From the NCBI GenBank assembly GCA_052168235.1, contig JBQLZK010000059.1, positions 1-47,999 of the forward strand: 47,999 nt of DNA, given 5' to 3'. Below are positions 1-9,742 of the stretch, one piece after another. This stretch comes from Thainema sp. (GTDB lineage Bacteria > Cyanobacteriota > Cyanobacteriia > Phormidesmidales > Phormidesmidaceae). Within the stretch, counting starts at the first letter, position 1; every line of letters begins with the position of its first letter. The translations under genes and the position numbers were made by a program. The notes beneath the pieces were generated by a model. The model was given only the letters and a program-made list of their open reading frames with translations, did not search any database and was not told the origin of the DNA.

Positions 1-93
1 ATAAGGGCACTCACTCCATTATATTTTCATCTCCTCAGCGGATGACGTGCTCCCGATGACCATACCTAGATTAGGATTAATGACTGCTCTTTT

Positions 94-1653
94 TTATTCT
101 TCCCATATCGCTTCTGCTTGCTCCTTCGACTTACTAATCAATGTCTTAGTCTCAATTATCATCGCACTATCTCTCATTTCATTCTTAATATCTTGTAAAA
201 TCAATGCTGCCCGACCAATATCCTCCGCTTCTGGATTATTACGGATATAGTCCTCTAGAGTTGCTCTCTGTTCATCTAGAAATTTCCATGGACGTGAGCC
301 GTTATAATCGATGAACCCTAGTGGCTCATAAAACGGCCCCCGTGCATCACTAACGTTCATTGCGATGACATATTGCTTCTTTCGATCTTTCGCTTCAAGC
401 CCATGCTCGTATGTCAATAATTGACCCATTCGCATCCCTCGAGGTGAAGCAGTCAAATTCGCTACCCGAAGTGCATCACTAGGCTTTTGATAGTTGTCCC
501 ACCAGCTTCCTTTCTCCGATCTAATTCGAGTTGGAGCTTCCTCACGATTTTCAGAAATCTTATATTCCGGCATGTATACTTTGCCACTTGCGTTTTCTTG
601 CTCCTGAGTATCCTCATTTGTTAGTGAGCCTTTTAAGTCAATGCTTTCTTTGCCTCTAGTTACATTGACTGCTCCTCCTAAATTGCGCCTATTTTTTTGC
701 GGCTCCGTGACATAACGTTTTGGTTGTATGGCATTAGTATCAGTTGTGTTAGTTACTTGTATATTTTTTGGCCTATCTAAGCTTTCTTGAAGACGGTCAT
801 TTCCCGATCCTCCCCTTATTAATTTATTTTGCGTTTTATAATCTTTATTCTGCTGCACTACATGGGTCAACTCATGAGCAATTAACTCCTGTCCACCTCG
901 GCTTTCTGGTCGATATTCCCCCTGCTTAAAAAATAAATCCCGCCCCGTCGTAAAAGCTCGTGCTCCCACACTGCGATTCAACTGATCTGCCCGCGCATCC
1001 GTATGCACTCGCACGCCACTAAAATCTGCCCCCATTGCTTGTCCCATCTCGGTCTGCAATGTCGGCGTTAGGCTCCGCCCACCACCACGGGCACAATTAA
1101 TTTCCTTCTCTACCTCCACTGATGCAAGGCCACCCTTAGATCCCTTCCGCTGAACTAGGGGCTTCATCTGCAATTCATCGTCTTCTTCCAGAACCTCTCG
1201 CTGCAATGTTTCGAGAGGCTTCATCTGTAATTCATCCTCTTCTTCCAGCATGGTTTCCCGCTGCAATATTGCCTTGCGCCTCACAGCATCAGCATGTTTA
1301 CCGAGTTGTCCCAACGGGTGATATCCATTGTTAGCATCGTCAGCTTCGTGAATCCGCTGCACTACATCGTGGGCCACCCGATCTGCTTCCTGTTCATACT
1401 TGTCATTTGGCTCACCAATCGTCAGCTTGGCCTGTAGCGGTTGGCTTAACGTCGATATGGGTTGGGGATCAAAAGACGATAGTCTTTGGGTCAGATCAAA
1501 ACTACCCGCCAAAGCACCTGCCTCTTCCTGTAGCTGCGGTGCTTGCTGATTGTTGCTGATCTCTGGCTGAAACGGACGAGTTTGCAGCAATTTTTCAGAC
1601 GACAGAACCGAAGTATCCTGTGCTGGTTTGGGAGCGTATTGACGACGGCGCAT
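94..1653 (-). CDS. DUF4157 (eCIS core domain) protein with C-terminal GNAT-like domain; putative polymorphic effector/toxin
   Basis: LQAKLTIGEPNDKYEQEADRVA motif, EEEDELQMKP repeats and the core ADFSGVRVHTD..ARAFTTGRDLFF..LIAHELTHVVQQ. The C-terminus has LTASPRGMRMGQLL...FYEPLGF (GNAT motif A/B-like). Confidence 0.85.
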   Translation of the reverse strand: MRRRQYAPKPAQDTSVLSSEKLLQTRPFQPEISNNQQAPQLQEEAGALAGSFDLTQRLSSFDPQPISTLSQPLQAKLTIGEPNDKYEQEADRVAHDVVQRIHEADDANNGYHPLGQLGKHADAVRRKAILQRETMLEEEDELQMKPLETLQREVLEEDDELQMKPLVQRKGSKGGLASVEVEKEINCARGGGRSLTPTLQTEMGQAMGADFSGVRVHTDARADQLNRSVGARAFTTGRDLFFKQGEYRPESRGGQELIAHELTHVVQQNKDYKTQNKLIRGGSGNDRLQESLDRPKNIQVTNTTDTNAIQPKRYVTEPQKNRRNLGGAVNVTRGKESIDLKGSLTNEDTQEQENASGKVYMPEYKISENREEAPTRIRSEKGSWWDNYQKPSDALRVANLTASPRGMRMGQLLTYEHGLEAKDRKKQYVIAMNVSDARGPFYEPLGFIDYNGSRPWKFLDEQRATLEDYIRNNPEAEDIGRAALILQDIKNEMRDSAMIIETKTLISKSKEQAEAIWEE

Positions 1654-1733
1654 CGTTTAGACCGTTGAATTGGGGGCTTGTCTCACTATCGGTTCTAAAC
1701 TGATCTTTAAAGAAAAAGCTATTAGCCTTTGGT

Positions 1734-1991
1734 CTAATTTTTGCGAATCGCCTGCTGCACCTCATTAATGGTGATTTGCTCAGCCGCTGCGTGAATTTTA
1801 AAGGTTTGGGTGGGCTGGCTCATTACCGCAATTACGGTTTCTACTGGTGGGCAGCCCGGTTCATGGCACTGAAGCTGGCTGATGGAGATGGGGATGTCAG
1901 TCGGGAGGGTTAAAGCGTCGTAGACCCAGGTTTTGATTTGGCGAATGTGCTCCGGATCGGTAGCAGATCGGGAGTGGTTGAAGAGGTTCAT
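1734..1991 (-). CDS. Small conserved hypothetical protein with CxEPGCPPxET motif
   Basis: 85-aa ORF co-oriented just downstream of the kinase; motif QLQCHEPGCPPVETVI. Confidence 0.75.
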   Translation of the reverse strand: MNLFNHSRSATDPEHIRQIKTWVYDALTLPTDIPISISQLQCHEPGCPPVETVIAVMSQPTQTFKIHAAAEQITINEVQQAIRKN

Positions 1992-2038
1992 GGGGTTTAG
2001 GTGAGAGAGTGGATGGGTGGATGAGTAAGAGAGGAAGG

Positions 2039-3340
2039 CTAGGTTGTGAATTTGGTGGGGAGGCGGATGGTGAATTTGGTGCCTTTGTTGACTTGGCTAT
2101 TTACGTCAATCGTGCCGTCTTGCAGATCGACGAACTGCTTAACAATACTGAGTCCTAGCCCCGTACCAGGGATGTTACTGACATTGCGACCGCGATGGAA
2201 CGGGTCAAATAGATGGCGGCGGTCTTCGAGGGGAATACCGATGCCTTCGTCTTGCACTTGGATAATGAGCTGATTTTGGCGTTTGGCTAGCTTTAGGTGA
2301 ATCGCTTTGTCGTCTGGGGTGTAGCGAATCGCGTTAGAGAGTAAGTTACTTAATAGCGATCGCAACAGTCGTTCGTCTAAATTGGCCATCAACTGGCGAC
2401 TGCGACAGCTAAACTGGACGGGGCTTTTGGGACGATGGTATTCCCGCTCCGCCAGTAAATCTCGGCAGAACGTAATCACATCCAGCGGTTCCGGATTGAC
2501 TTCCAGCACCTTGGCCTCAATCTTGCCGATCACCAGAATGTCGTCGATCATCTGGGTCATGCGCTCGACGCTGGCCTCAATGTTGTGCAGATAGTCGGCC
2601 TTTTCCTCCGGCTGGAGCTGAGCATCATAGCGATTCAGCGACGAGACAGATAAAGCGATGTTGTTCAGCGGATTGCGGAATTCGTGGCAGACCATTGAGA
2701 CAAACCGCGATCGCATTTCACTTAATTCCCGCAACTGGTGATTAGCCTGCAACAGCTTGGCGGTACGAGCCTGCACTTTGCGCTCTAGTTCTTCATTGGT
2801 GCGCTGCAAAACCTGCTCGGCCCAGCGACGTTCAGTAATGTCGCGGAAGGTCACAACGGCACCGATTAGCTGTCCCGTTTCATCATGCATGGGGGTGCTG
2901 ATGTACTCGACGGGGAAGCTGGTGCCGTCCTTGCGCCAGAAGACTTCATCGGTGACGCGGCGGACGCTGCCGTCTTGAAAGGCGGCATAAATAGGGCAAT
3001 CTTCTCGCGGATAGTGGCTGCCATCGGGATGGGAATGATGCATGACAGCGTGCATGGACTTGCCAATTAGTTCCTCCATCGGCCAGTCGATCATGGCGGC
3101 GGCAGCAGGATTGACGAAGGTGACGTTGCCGTCCAAATCCAGCCCATACACCCCCTCACCCACCGCATTCAGGATCAGTTGATGCTGTCGCCGGAGCTGC
3201 TCAAGTTCTTGATCCCCCATCTGGTGCGCAGATTGATTTATGTGCTGATTAACAGACCGATCTGAAGCCGAATTCCAATTCGTTGCTCCATTGTTTTGCA
3301 CGACTTGTGCCATAGGTTCGTCATCAAAAACTAAAGGCAT
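2039..3340 (-). CDS. Cytoplasmic PAS-domain sensor histidine kinase
   Basis: PAS (GEGVYGLDLDGNVTFVNPAA..FWRKDGTSFPVEY), H-box CHEFRNPL, N-box NLLSNAIRY, G boxes DEGIGI and GTGLGL; no transmembrane segment. Confidence 0.95.
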   Translation of the reverse strand: MPLVFDDEPMAQVVQNNGATNWNSASDRSVNQHINQSAHQMGDQELEQLRRQHQLILNAVGEGVYGLDLDGNVTFVNPAAAAMIDWPMEELIGKSMHAVMHHSHPDGSHYPREDCPIYAAFQDGSVRRVTDEVFWRKDGTSFPVEYISTPMHDETGQLIGAVVTFRDITERRWAEQVLQRTNEELERKVQARTAKLLQANHQLRELSEMRSRFVSMVCHEFRNPLNNIALSVSSLNRYDAQLQPEEKADYLHNIEASVERMTQMIDDILVIGKIEAKVLEVNPEPLDVITFCRDLLAEREYHRPKSPVQFSCRSRQLMANLDERLLRSLLSNLLSNAIRYTPDDKAIHLKLAKRQNQLIIQVQDEGIGIPLEDRRHLFDPFHRGRNVSNIPGTGLGLSIVKQFVDLQDGTIDVNSQVNKGTKFTIRLPTKFTT

Positions 3341-3618
3341 CGATCTAGGAGAATGGCTGAATCAACTAAAGCAAAATCGCCCAATCTATATGGCCATGCG
3401 CGATCGCTTCAACATATTCCATCGATCAAAACTGTATTCCACTACACTACGGAGCAGCTCTTTAGATATTACTAAATTTAAAGCTAGAGTGTTGCAAAAA
3501 ATCAAGACATTTACTTCTATTCCGGCTAGATAAATCAGCAGAGGCAACGTTTTCTGTTGGAAAATCTAAGCTTATTTTGCTGCTAAAAGCAAGCGTCATT
3601 CACCATTCCGTGTTTCCT

Positions 3619-4431
3619 ATGAAAACAGTATTAGTCATTGAGGATGAAGCTCAAACTCGCAATATTTTTCTCAAATGTTTAGAGTTTGAGGGATTCCGAG
3701 CCTTTGGTGCCAGCAATGGTTCAGCGGGATTAGATCTGGCTAAAAATCACGAGCCAGATTTAATTGTCTGCGACATCATGATGCCCGACATGGATGGTTA
3801 TTCTGTGCTGACAGCATTGCGTCGATCGCAAGACACAGCCTTGATTCCGCTGATTTTTCTAACCGCGAAGGTGACAATGACCGACCTGCGGCGAGGCATG
3901 GAAATGGGAGCTGATGACTACCTGACCAAGCCCTGCACCGTAGAGCAGTTTCTAGCCGCCATCAATACGCGGCTCAAGCGCCAAGAAGAGCTAGAACGAT
4001 TGTATCGACAGGTACATGCAACGCACAATTCTGCCACAGCTCCTGCGCTAAATACGAGTCAGGCTAAAGATCGCAGCGAGACAGCTATCTTTCCGGATTG
4101 CCCCCAACTCACAGCCGTATTTCACTTTATTGAAACCCACTACAAACAGCCAATTAATCTCAGTGATGTGGCTCAAGCGGCTGGCTATTCACCCGCCTAT
4201 CTCACCAATTTAGTACAGGAAAAGACGGGGCAAACCGTTAAGCGTTGGATTATTGCACGACGGATGGCCCAAGCCAAAAAATTGCTGACCAATACATCTG
4301 AATCGATTCGACAAGTTGCCGAAGCCGCTGGTTATACCGATGCCGGATATTTCAGTCGGCAGTTTCGCCAGTTTCACGGCGTTTCTCCCCAGGCTTGGAG
4401 ACAGAAATCTGTAGCGAAATTAACGAATTAG
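3619..4431 (+). CDS. Response regulator with REC and AraC-type HTH domains
   Basis: VLVIEDE..CDIMMPDMDG..LTAK..GADDYLTKP receiver; C-terminal AraC (GYSPAYL..GYTDAGYFSRQFRQFHGVSP). ATG at 3619 preferred over TTG at 3577. Confidence 0.93.
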   Translation: MKTVLVIEDEAQTRNIFLKCLEFEGFRAFGASNGSAGLDLAKNHEPDLIVCDIMMPDMDGYSVLTALRRSQDTALIPLIFLTAKVTMTDLRRGMEMGADDYLTKPCTVEQFLAAINTRLKRQEELERLYRQVHATHNSATAPALNTSQAKDRSETAIFPDCPQLTAVFHFIETHYKQPINLSDVAQAAGYSPAYLTNLVQEKTGQTVKRWIIARRMAQAKKLLTNTSESIRQVAEAAGYTDAGYFSRQFRQFHGVSPQAWRQKSVAKLTN

Positions 4432-4453
4432 CATTCAATTTTCAGTCTCAAAC

Positions 4454-4525
4454 TAAATTCAAAAGAAAGTCCCATTAGATTCAAAAAATAATCCAATGCG
4501 CTATCTAATTGATGGCTGATACAGT
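4454..4525 (+). promoter_or_regulatory. Putative cynA promoter with tandem 22-bp direct repeat (candidate AraC-type activator site) and -10 TACAGT
   Basis: TAAATTCAAAAGAAAGTCCCAT (4454-4475) and TAGATTCAAAAAATAATCCAAT (4476-4497) match at 17/22; TACAGT at 4520-4525. Confidence 0.5.
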
Positions 4526-4600
4526 ACAGAGCAAGATGCCTGCCAGCTCAATCGGCTTTGGTTTTGAGTCCGCATAGTGGAGTTTAGGTTAGACAAAATT

Positions 4601-6238
4601 ATGGTTTTTACAGCGATACAAACGAATCAAAAGTGGGGAAATCTGAATTGCGATCGCGGAGAACTGTCTGATTTACAGCTGGCATGTGTCATCTGCGGTG
4701 GGCAGCACTCGACGATGGATCACTGGGAATTTATCCAGACCATGCCGTCTGACCCCGTGGATATGGTGGATGACCTGGTGAAAATGGGTCTCTACAAGCA
4801 AAATCAGCTCCGAGCGGCAGACAGCATCAACGCCCATGAACTGCGGAAGGCGCTGTTCCTCAAAACCGTCGGTCGCGGCAGTCCCAAGCGCGAAAAGCTA
4901 ATTCTAGATCTGTGTAAGCAGGCTGGTGGTCTAGAAAACGCCTTTGCGGCAGCGTTTGGGCCACAGGCAGGTCTGTTTTTTGCCGATTCAATTCGCAATA
5001 GCGGTGCAACTCGGCGCGAATTCTTGCGTAATATGGCTGTCGGTGCGGCACTTGTTACCCTAGCGAGCTGCGGTGGCGGCGGGGGTGAGCCAACCGTTGA
5101 GGATACGGGCGAACCTGTCTCTACAGAAGGACTGGAAAAGACGGACTTGCAGGTTGGCTTCATCCCCATCACCTGCGCCACGCCCATCATCATGTCGGAG
5201 CCGCTGGGCTTTTACCAAAAGTATGGCCTCAACGCCAAAGTGGTGAAGATGCCAAGCTGGGGAGCCGTTCGCGATTCTGCGATCGCAGGTGAGCTAGACG
5301 CCTATCACATGCTGGCTCCCATGCCGATTGCGATGACGCTGGGCCTGGGTTCGGCAGCTTTCGGTGTCAAGCTGGCCAGCATTGAAAACATCAACGGTCA
5401 GGCAATCACTGTCGCGGAGCGCCACAAAGGTAATGTCAATGGCCCCGCCGACTTCAAGGGATTCGTGATTGGCGTTCCTTTCCCCTACTCCATGCACAAT
5501 CTGCTGCTGCGCTACTACCTGGCGACGGGTGGAATCGATCCGGATGTAGACGTACAGATTCGCCCCGTGCCGCCGCCGGACAGCATCGCTCAGATGGTAG
5601 CGGGTGACATTGACGCTTACCTGATGCCCGATCCGTTTAACCAGCGGGCGGTTTATGAAGGCGTCGGCTTTATCCACCTAATTACCAAAGAGCTGTGGCC
5701 CGGTCATCCCTGCTGCGCCTTTGCCGCCAGCGACCAGTGGATCAGCGAAAACCCCAACACCTTCCGGGCGTTGAACAAGTCGATTATCGAAGCCGCTGGC
5801 TACGCTCGCGATCCGCAGAATCGGCCTGAAATCGCCGCCGCCATCTCCGAGCGGGCGTTCTTAAATCAGCCTGTAGAAGTGGTTGAAGCCGTCCTGACGG
5901 GCAATTTTGAAGACGGCAACGGCAACACCTTAAACGTACCCGACCGGATCGACTTTGACCCGTATCCCTGGCAGAGCTTCGCCAACTGGATCTCCTCGCA
6001 GCTGGTGCGCTGGGATCTACAAGGTGACGGAGCAGCGGCAAAAGCCATGACCGATCAAGGCTATGACGAGGTGGGTAAGGAAATCTTCCTGACTGATTTG
6101 GCTCGTGAGCTAGCGGAGGAGCTAGGCCAAGAGCCTCCGTCGGAAATCTATCGCAGCGAAGAGTTGATGTTTGACACCTTTGATCCTGCTAATCCAGACG
6201 CCTATGTACAGCAGCAGATTGATGAGTACGGTGTGTAA
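4601..6238 (+). CDS. cynA: Cyanate ABC transporter substrate-binding protein (NrtA/CmpA family) with N-terminal extension
   Basis: GFIPITCATPII, WPGHPCC and RIDFDPYPWQS motifs; internal Tat/lipobox TRREFLRN...LASC; heads an operon containing cynS. Confidence 0.88.
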   Translation: MVFTAIQTNQKWGNLNCDRGELSDLQLACVICGGQHSTMDHWEFIQTMPSDPVDMVDDLVKMGLYKQNQLRAADSINAHELRKALFLKTVGRGSPKREKLILDLCKQAGGLENAFAAAFGPQAGLFFADSIRNSGATRREFLRNMAVGAALVTLASCGGGGGEPTVEDTGEPVSTEGLEKTDLQVGFIPITCATPIIMSEPLGFYQKYGLNAKVVKMPSWGAVRDSAIAGELDAYHMLAPMPIAMTLGLGSAAFGVKLASIENINGQAITVAERHKGNVNGPADFKGFVIGVPFPYSMHNLLLRYYLATGGIDPDVDVQIRPVPPPDSIAQMVAGDIDAYLMPDPFNQRAVYEGVGFIHLITKELWPGHPCCAFAASDQWISENPNTFRALNKSIIEAAGYARDPQNRPEIAAAISERAFLNQPVEVVEAVLTGNFEDGNGNTLNVPDRIDFDPYPWQSFANWISSQLVRWDLQGDGAAAKAMTDQGYDEVGKEIFLTDLARELAEELGQEPPSEIYRSEELMFDTFDPANPDAYVQQQIDEYGV

Positions 6239-6273
6239 TTTGGCGATCCAGCAGTTTTCAAGGAGGTATCACA

Positions 6274-7116
6274 ATGGCGCTAAGTAACCCCGTGACGGGT
6301 TCATTGACAACGAGTGAGAAGAAAGAATCTCTGCTCAAAAATGAAGGTGTGAGAGCGTTTGCCCTCTTCATGCTGTCCCTAGGACTGTTCTTACTGTTTT
6401 GGGAAGTGGGTGCCCGCATGGGCTGGTTTGCCCAAGGCATGCCCACCGCATCCAAGACGCTAGAGGAGTTCTGGTGGTGGGTGACCAATCCATTCTTTAG
6501 AAATGGCCCCAACGATATGGGCATCGGTTGGAACCTGCTGATCAGCCTGCGACGAGTTGCGATCGGATATATCCTGGCCTCCATCGTTGCTGTACCTCTG
6601 GGCCTCCTGATTGGTATTTCACCCGTTGCCTACAAGGCATTTAACCCCTACGTGCAGCTCCTAAAGCCCATTTCACCGCTGGCTTGGCTACCACTGGGCC
6701 TCTATATTTTTCGAGATTCGGAGCAGACCGGTGTTTTTATCATCTTCATCTCTAGCATTTGGCCAACGCTGATTAACACGGCCTTTGGTGTAGCTGGCGT
6801 GGATAAAGACTACCTGGATGTCTCCCGCACATTGGGAGCTTCTCGAATGCGCACCATCTTTAAGGTGATTATTCCGGCAGCTTTACCCAATATTGTCTCG
6901 GGTTTGCGGATCAGCATGGGGATTGCATGGTTAGTCATCGTCGCGGCTGAGATGCTGCTCGGTACGGGATTGGGCTACTTCATTTGGAATGAGTGGAACA
7001 ACCTGTATATTCCCAACATCTTGGTCGCCATTTTCATTATTGGTCTGGTTGGCTTGCTGCTCGATAGCATCTTTGCCGCCCTCGAAAAATTTGTTGCATT
7101 TGGTCGAAACTCATGA
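6274..7116 (+). CDS. cynB: Cyanate ABC transporter permease (NrtB family)
   Basis: [32 protein letters not shown]-like loop, [18 protein letters not shown]. Confidence 0.9.
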   Translation: MALSNPVTGSLTTSEKKESLLKNEGVRAFALFMLSLGLFLLFWEVGARMGWFAQGMPTASKTLEEFWWWVTNPFFRNGPNDMGIGWNLLISLRRVAIGYILASIVAVPLGLLIGISPVAYKAFNPYVQLLKPISPLAWLPLGLYIFRDSEQTGVFIIFISSIWPTLINTAFGVAGVDKDYLDVSRTLGASRMRTIFKVIIPAALPNIVSGLRISMGIAWLVIVAAEMLLGTGLGYFIWNEWNNLYIPNILVAIFIIGLVGLLLDSIFAALEKFVAFGRNS

Positions 7117-7997
7117 GCTTTGCACCCGTGAACGACGTTTCCACGACGAAACCCCTTTACTCTTCGGCTCAGTTGTCCATTCGCAACGTGACGAAGGTTT
7201 TCCCCGGCAAGAACGGTCTATTTGATCGGCTGACGGGCAAAACCAAGTCCGACTTCATGGCCATCCAGGACATCAGCATGGAGATTGAGCCAAACACCTT
7301 TGTCTCGATCATTGGCCCCTCTGGTTGCGGTAAGTCTACGCTGCTGGGCATGATTGCGGGTTTATCGTCCATTAGCGCTGGCGAAATCCTGCTCAACGGC
7401 CATCCCATTACTGGGCCAGGGCCAGACCGAGGCATGGTGTTCCAGAACTACGCCCTCATGCCCTGGATGACGGTGGAAGAGAATATCCGCTTTGCCGTCG
7501 AGACGGTGCATCCCAAGATGTCGCCCAAGGTGATGAGCCGGATTGTAAAGGAGAACATTCAGCTTGTCGGTCTAGAGGGCGCTGAGAAGAAGCATCCCCA
7601 TGAGCTATCGGGCGGGATGCGTCAGCGAGTCGGCATTGCTCGCGCCCTAGCTATCGATCCGCAGATTCTGCTGATGGATGAGCCGTTTGGCGCACTGGAT
7701 GCCCTGACCCGTGGATTCCTACAGGACGAAATTGAGCGCATCTGGGAGCAGCAGCGCAAGACGGTAATCATGATTACCCACAGTATTGATGAGGCACTGC
7801 TGCTGTCTGATCGGATTGTGATGATGACCCGTGGCCCCGCCGCCCGAGTCGATGAAATCCTAGAAGTGCCGTTCCCCCGTCCCCGCAATCGGGAAACGAT
7901 TGAACAGCATCCAGCCTATCACGAGTTGAAGGCTGAGATGGAAAGCCATCTGTTCCGCGAGACGCGGGCGGTTGAGGCAGCGAGGATTCAGAAGTAG
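7113..7997 (+). CDS. cynD: Cyanate ABC transporter ATP-binding protein (NrtD family)
   Basis: Walker [36 protein letters not shown] overlap with cynB. Confidence 0.9.
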   Translation: MSFAPVNDVSTTKPLYSSAQLSIRNVTKVFPGKNGLFDRLTGKTKSDFMAIQDISMEIEPNTFVSIIGPSGCGKSTLLGMIAGLSSISAGEILLNGHPITGPGPDRGMVFQNYALMPWMTVEENIRFAVETVHPKMSPKVMSRIVKENIQLVGLEGAEKKHPHELSGGMRQRVGIARALAIDPQILLMDEPFGALDALTRGFLQDEIERIWEQQRKTVIMITHSIDEALLLSDRIVMMTRGPAARVDEILEVPFPRPRNRETIEQHPAYHELKAEMESHLFRETRAVEAARIQK

Positions 7998-8025
7998 AAG
8001 TTGAAACACCAGAGAGGATTTAGAT

Positions 8026-8469
8026 ATGGCAATTCCAGCAATCACTGAAAAGCTACTGGCAGCGAAGAAAGCGAAGGGAATCACTTTTGCGGATCTAGAA
8101 TCCAAGGTTGGTCGTGATGAGGTGTGGATTGCATCTGTGATCTATCGTCAGGCCAGTGCATCTGAAGAGGAGGCCACCCAAATTGTGGAAGCGCTGGGTG
8201 CCGATCCGTCGTTGATTGAGCCGTTAACCGAATGTCCTGTAAAAGGATCGCTCGATCCCGTGATTCCAACCGATCCGCTGATCTATCGCTTCTACGAAAT
8301 CATGCAGGTTTACGGAATGCCGATTAAAAGCGTGGTGCATGAAAAGTTTGGCGACGGCATTATGAGCGCGATCGATTTCACGATTGACGTGGAAAAAGAA
8401 GAAGATCCGAAAGGCGACCGCGTCAAGATCATCATGTGTGGTAAGTTCTTACCTTACAAGAAGTGGTAA
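8026..8469 (+). CDS. cynS: Cyanase (cyanate hydratase)
   Basis: [11 protein letters not shown]...[14 protein letters not shown]...GKFLPY signature; 147 aa. Confidence 0.98.
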   Translation: MAIPAITEKLLAAKKAKGITFADLESKVGRDEVWIASVIYRQASASEEEATQIVEALGADPSLIEPLTECPVKGSLDPVIPTDPLIYRFYEIMQVYGMPIKSVVHEKFGDGIMSAIDFTIDVEKEEDPKGDRVKIIMCGKFLPYKKW

Positions 8470-8524
8470 TCCACCCACTTGGTTATTTCCTGTCTGATGT
8501 CTGAATCTATCAATTGCTGAGAGG

Positions 8525-9187
8525 ATGCCAATGTTACACCTTCGGTTTTTCAAGACGCTTCAGCCTACAGCCGCACGATTGAGCGGTTTCGGGTTAGTGG
8601 TTGCTAGTGGACTGCTGCTGGCTCTGCCTGCCTCTGCTCACCATCCGTTTGGAGGTGAAACTCCTGCCAACGCCGTTCAGGGCTTTCTCTCAGGATTAGG
8701 GCATCCCGTTATTGGCATGGATCACCTGGCGTTTGTGATTACGGCGGGTTTATTGGCTGCTGCCGTTGGCGGAGGTTTAATCATCCCTCTCAGCTTTGTG
8801 ATCGCTTCGATAGTCGGTACAGGTATTCACCTGATGGAGCTGAATCTACCCGCTCCCGAATTTTTCATCTCGGCCTCAGTCCTGCTATTCGGTGTGCTGC
8901 TGGCGATGAAGCAGCAGCCGAATACGTGGGTTGTGGCTGGTTTAGCGGCTTTATCCGGAATTTTTCATGGCTATGCCTACGGTGAAGCTGTTGTGGGGGC
9001 AGATATGGCTCCAATTGTTGCGTATTTACTTGGGTTTGCTGCAATCCAAATGGTTATTGCGATCGCAGCTTATGGTATTGCCAACCAATTGATTGGCAAA
9101 AATAGCGATGCGCTCGGTCTGCGGTTTGCTGGATTCACGCTAGCAGGGGTCGGTGCTGCTTTCCTCTCAGGCGTTGTACTGGGTTAA
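8525..9187 (+). CDS. HupE/UreJ family Ni/Co permease
   Basis: Signal peptide ending in [26 protein letters not shown], multiple TM helices. Confidence 0.92.
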   Translation: MPMLHLRFFKTLQPTAARLSGFGLVVASGLLLALPASAHHPFGGETPANAVQGFLSGLGHPVIGMDHLAFVITAGLLAAAVGGGLIIPLSFVIASIVGTGIHLMELNLPAPEFFISASVLLFGVLLAMKQQPNTWVVAGLAALSGIFHGYAYGEAVVGADMAPIVAYLLGFAAIQMVIAIAAYGIANQLIGKNSDALGLRFAGFTLAGVGAAFLSGVVLG

Positions 9188-9191
9188 AGCA

Positions 9192-9668
9192 ATGACAACG
9201 ACCGGAAAGAAACTCGTGCCGCCGTTTGACCGAGAAATTGCGATCGCAAAAGTACGGATGGCGGAAGATGCTTGGAACAGTCGCGATCCGGATCGGGTAT
9301 CGATGGCCTACACAGAGGACAGTTTCTGGCGCAATCGAGCCGAAATCTTTCAGGGACGGGAGGCGATTCGCGAGTTCCTGCGCCGCAAGTGGGATAAAGA
9401 GCTGGACTATCGCCTAGTCAAGGAAATGTGGGCCTTTGGCGAGAACCGAATTGCGGTGCGTTTTCAGTATGAATGGCACGACGATGCCGGACAGTGGTTT
9501 CGCGCCTATGGCAACGAAAACTGGGAATTTGACGAAAACGGCCTCATGCGCCGCCGGGAAGCAAGTATCAACGATAAACCGATTGCGCAAGAGGAGCGTC
9601 GCTTCCACTGGCCTGCCCCTGGCGCACGCCCACAGGATCATCCGGGACTGATTAATTCACCTGAATAG
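9192..9668 (+). CDS. DUF1348 / NTF2 (SnoaL)-fold protein
   Basis: [61 protein letters not shown] 4 nt after the hupE/ureJ stop. Confidence 0.9.
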   Translation: MTTTGKKLVPPFDREIAIAKVRMAEDAWNSRDPDRVSMAYTEDSFWRNRAEIFQGREAIREFLRRKWDKELDYRLVKEMWAFGENRIAVRFQYEWHDDAGQWFRAYGNENWEFDENGLMRRREASINDKPIAQEERRFHWPAPGARPQDHPGLINSPE

Positions 9669-9675
9669 ATACTTT

Positions 9676-9722
9676 CGAAAAAGCAGAGGAGACACGCGGT
9701 GCGTGTCTCCTCTGCTTTTTCG
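9676..9722. terminator. Bidirectional rho-independent terminator
   Basis: Perfect 22-bp inverted repeat with a 3-nt loop and A/T tails, between convergent genes. Confidence 0.85.
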
Positions 9723-9742
9723 GGTTTTTAGTTCGACTAAAG

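Noticed and set aside
4411..4424. GTA-N8-AAC as an NtcA site for cynA
   Set aside because: It is non-canonical, lies inside the regulator CDS, and is not at the usual spacing from the candidate -10 box.
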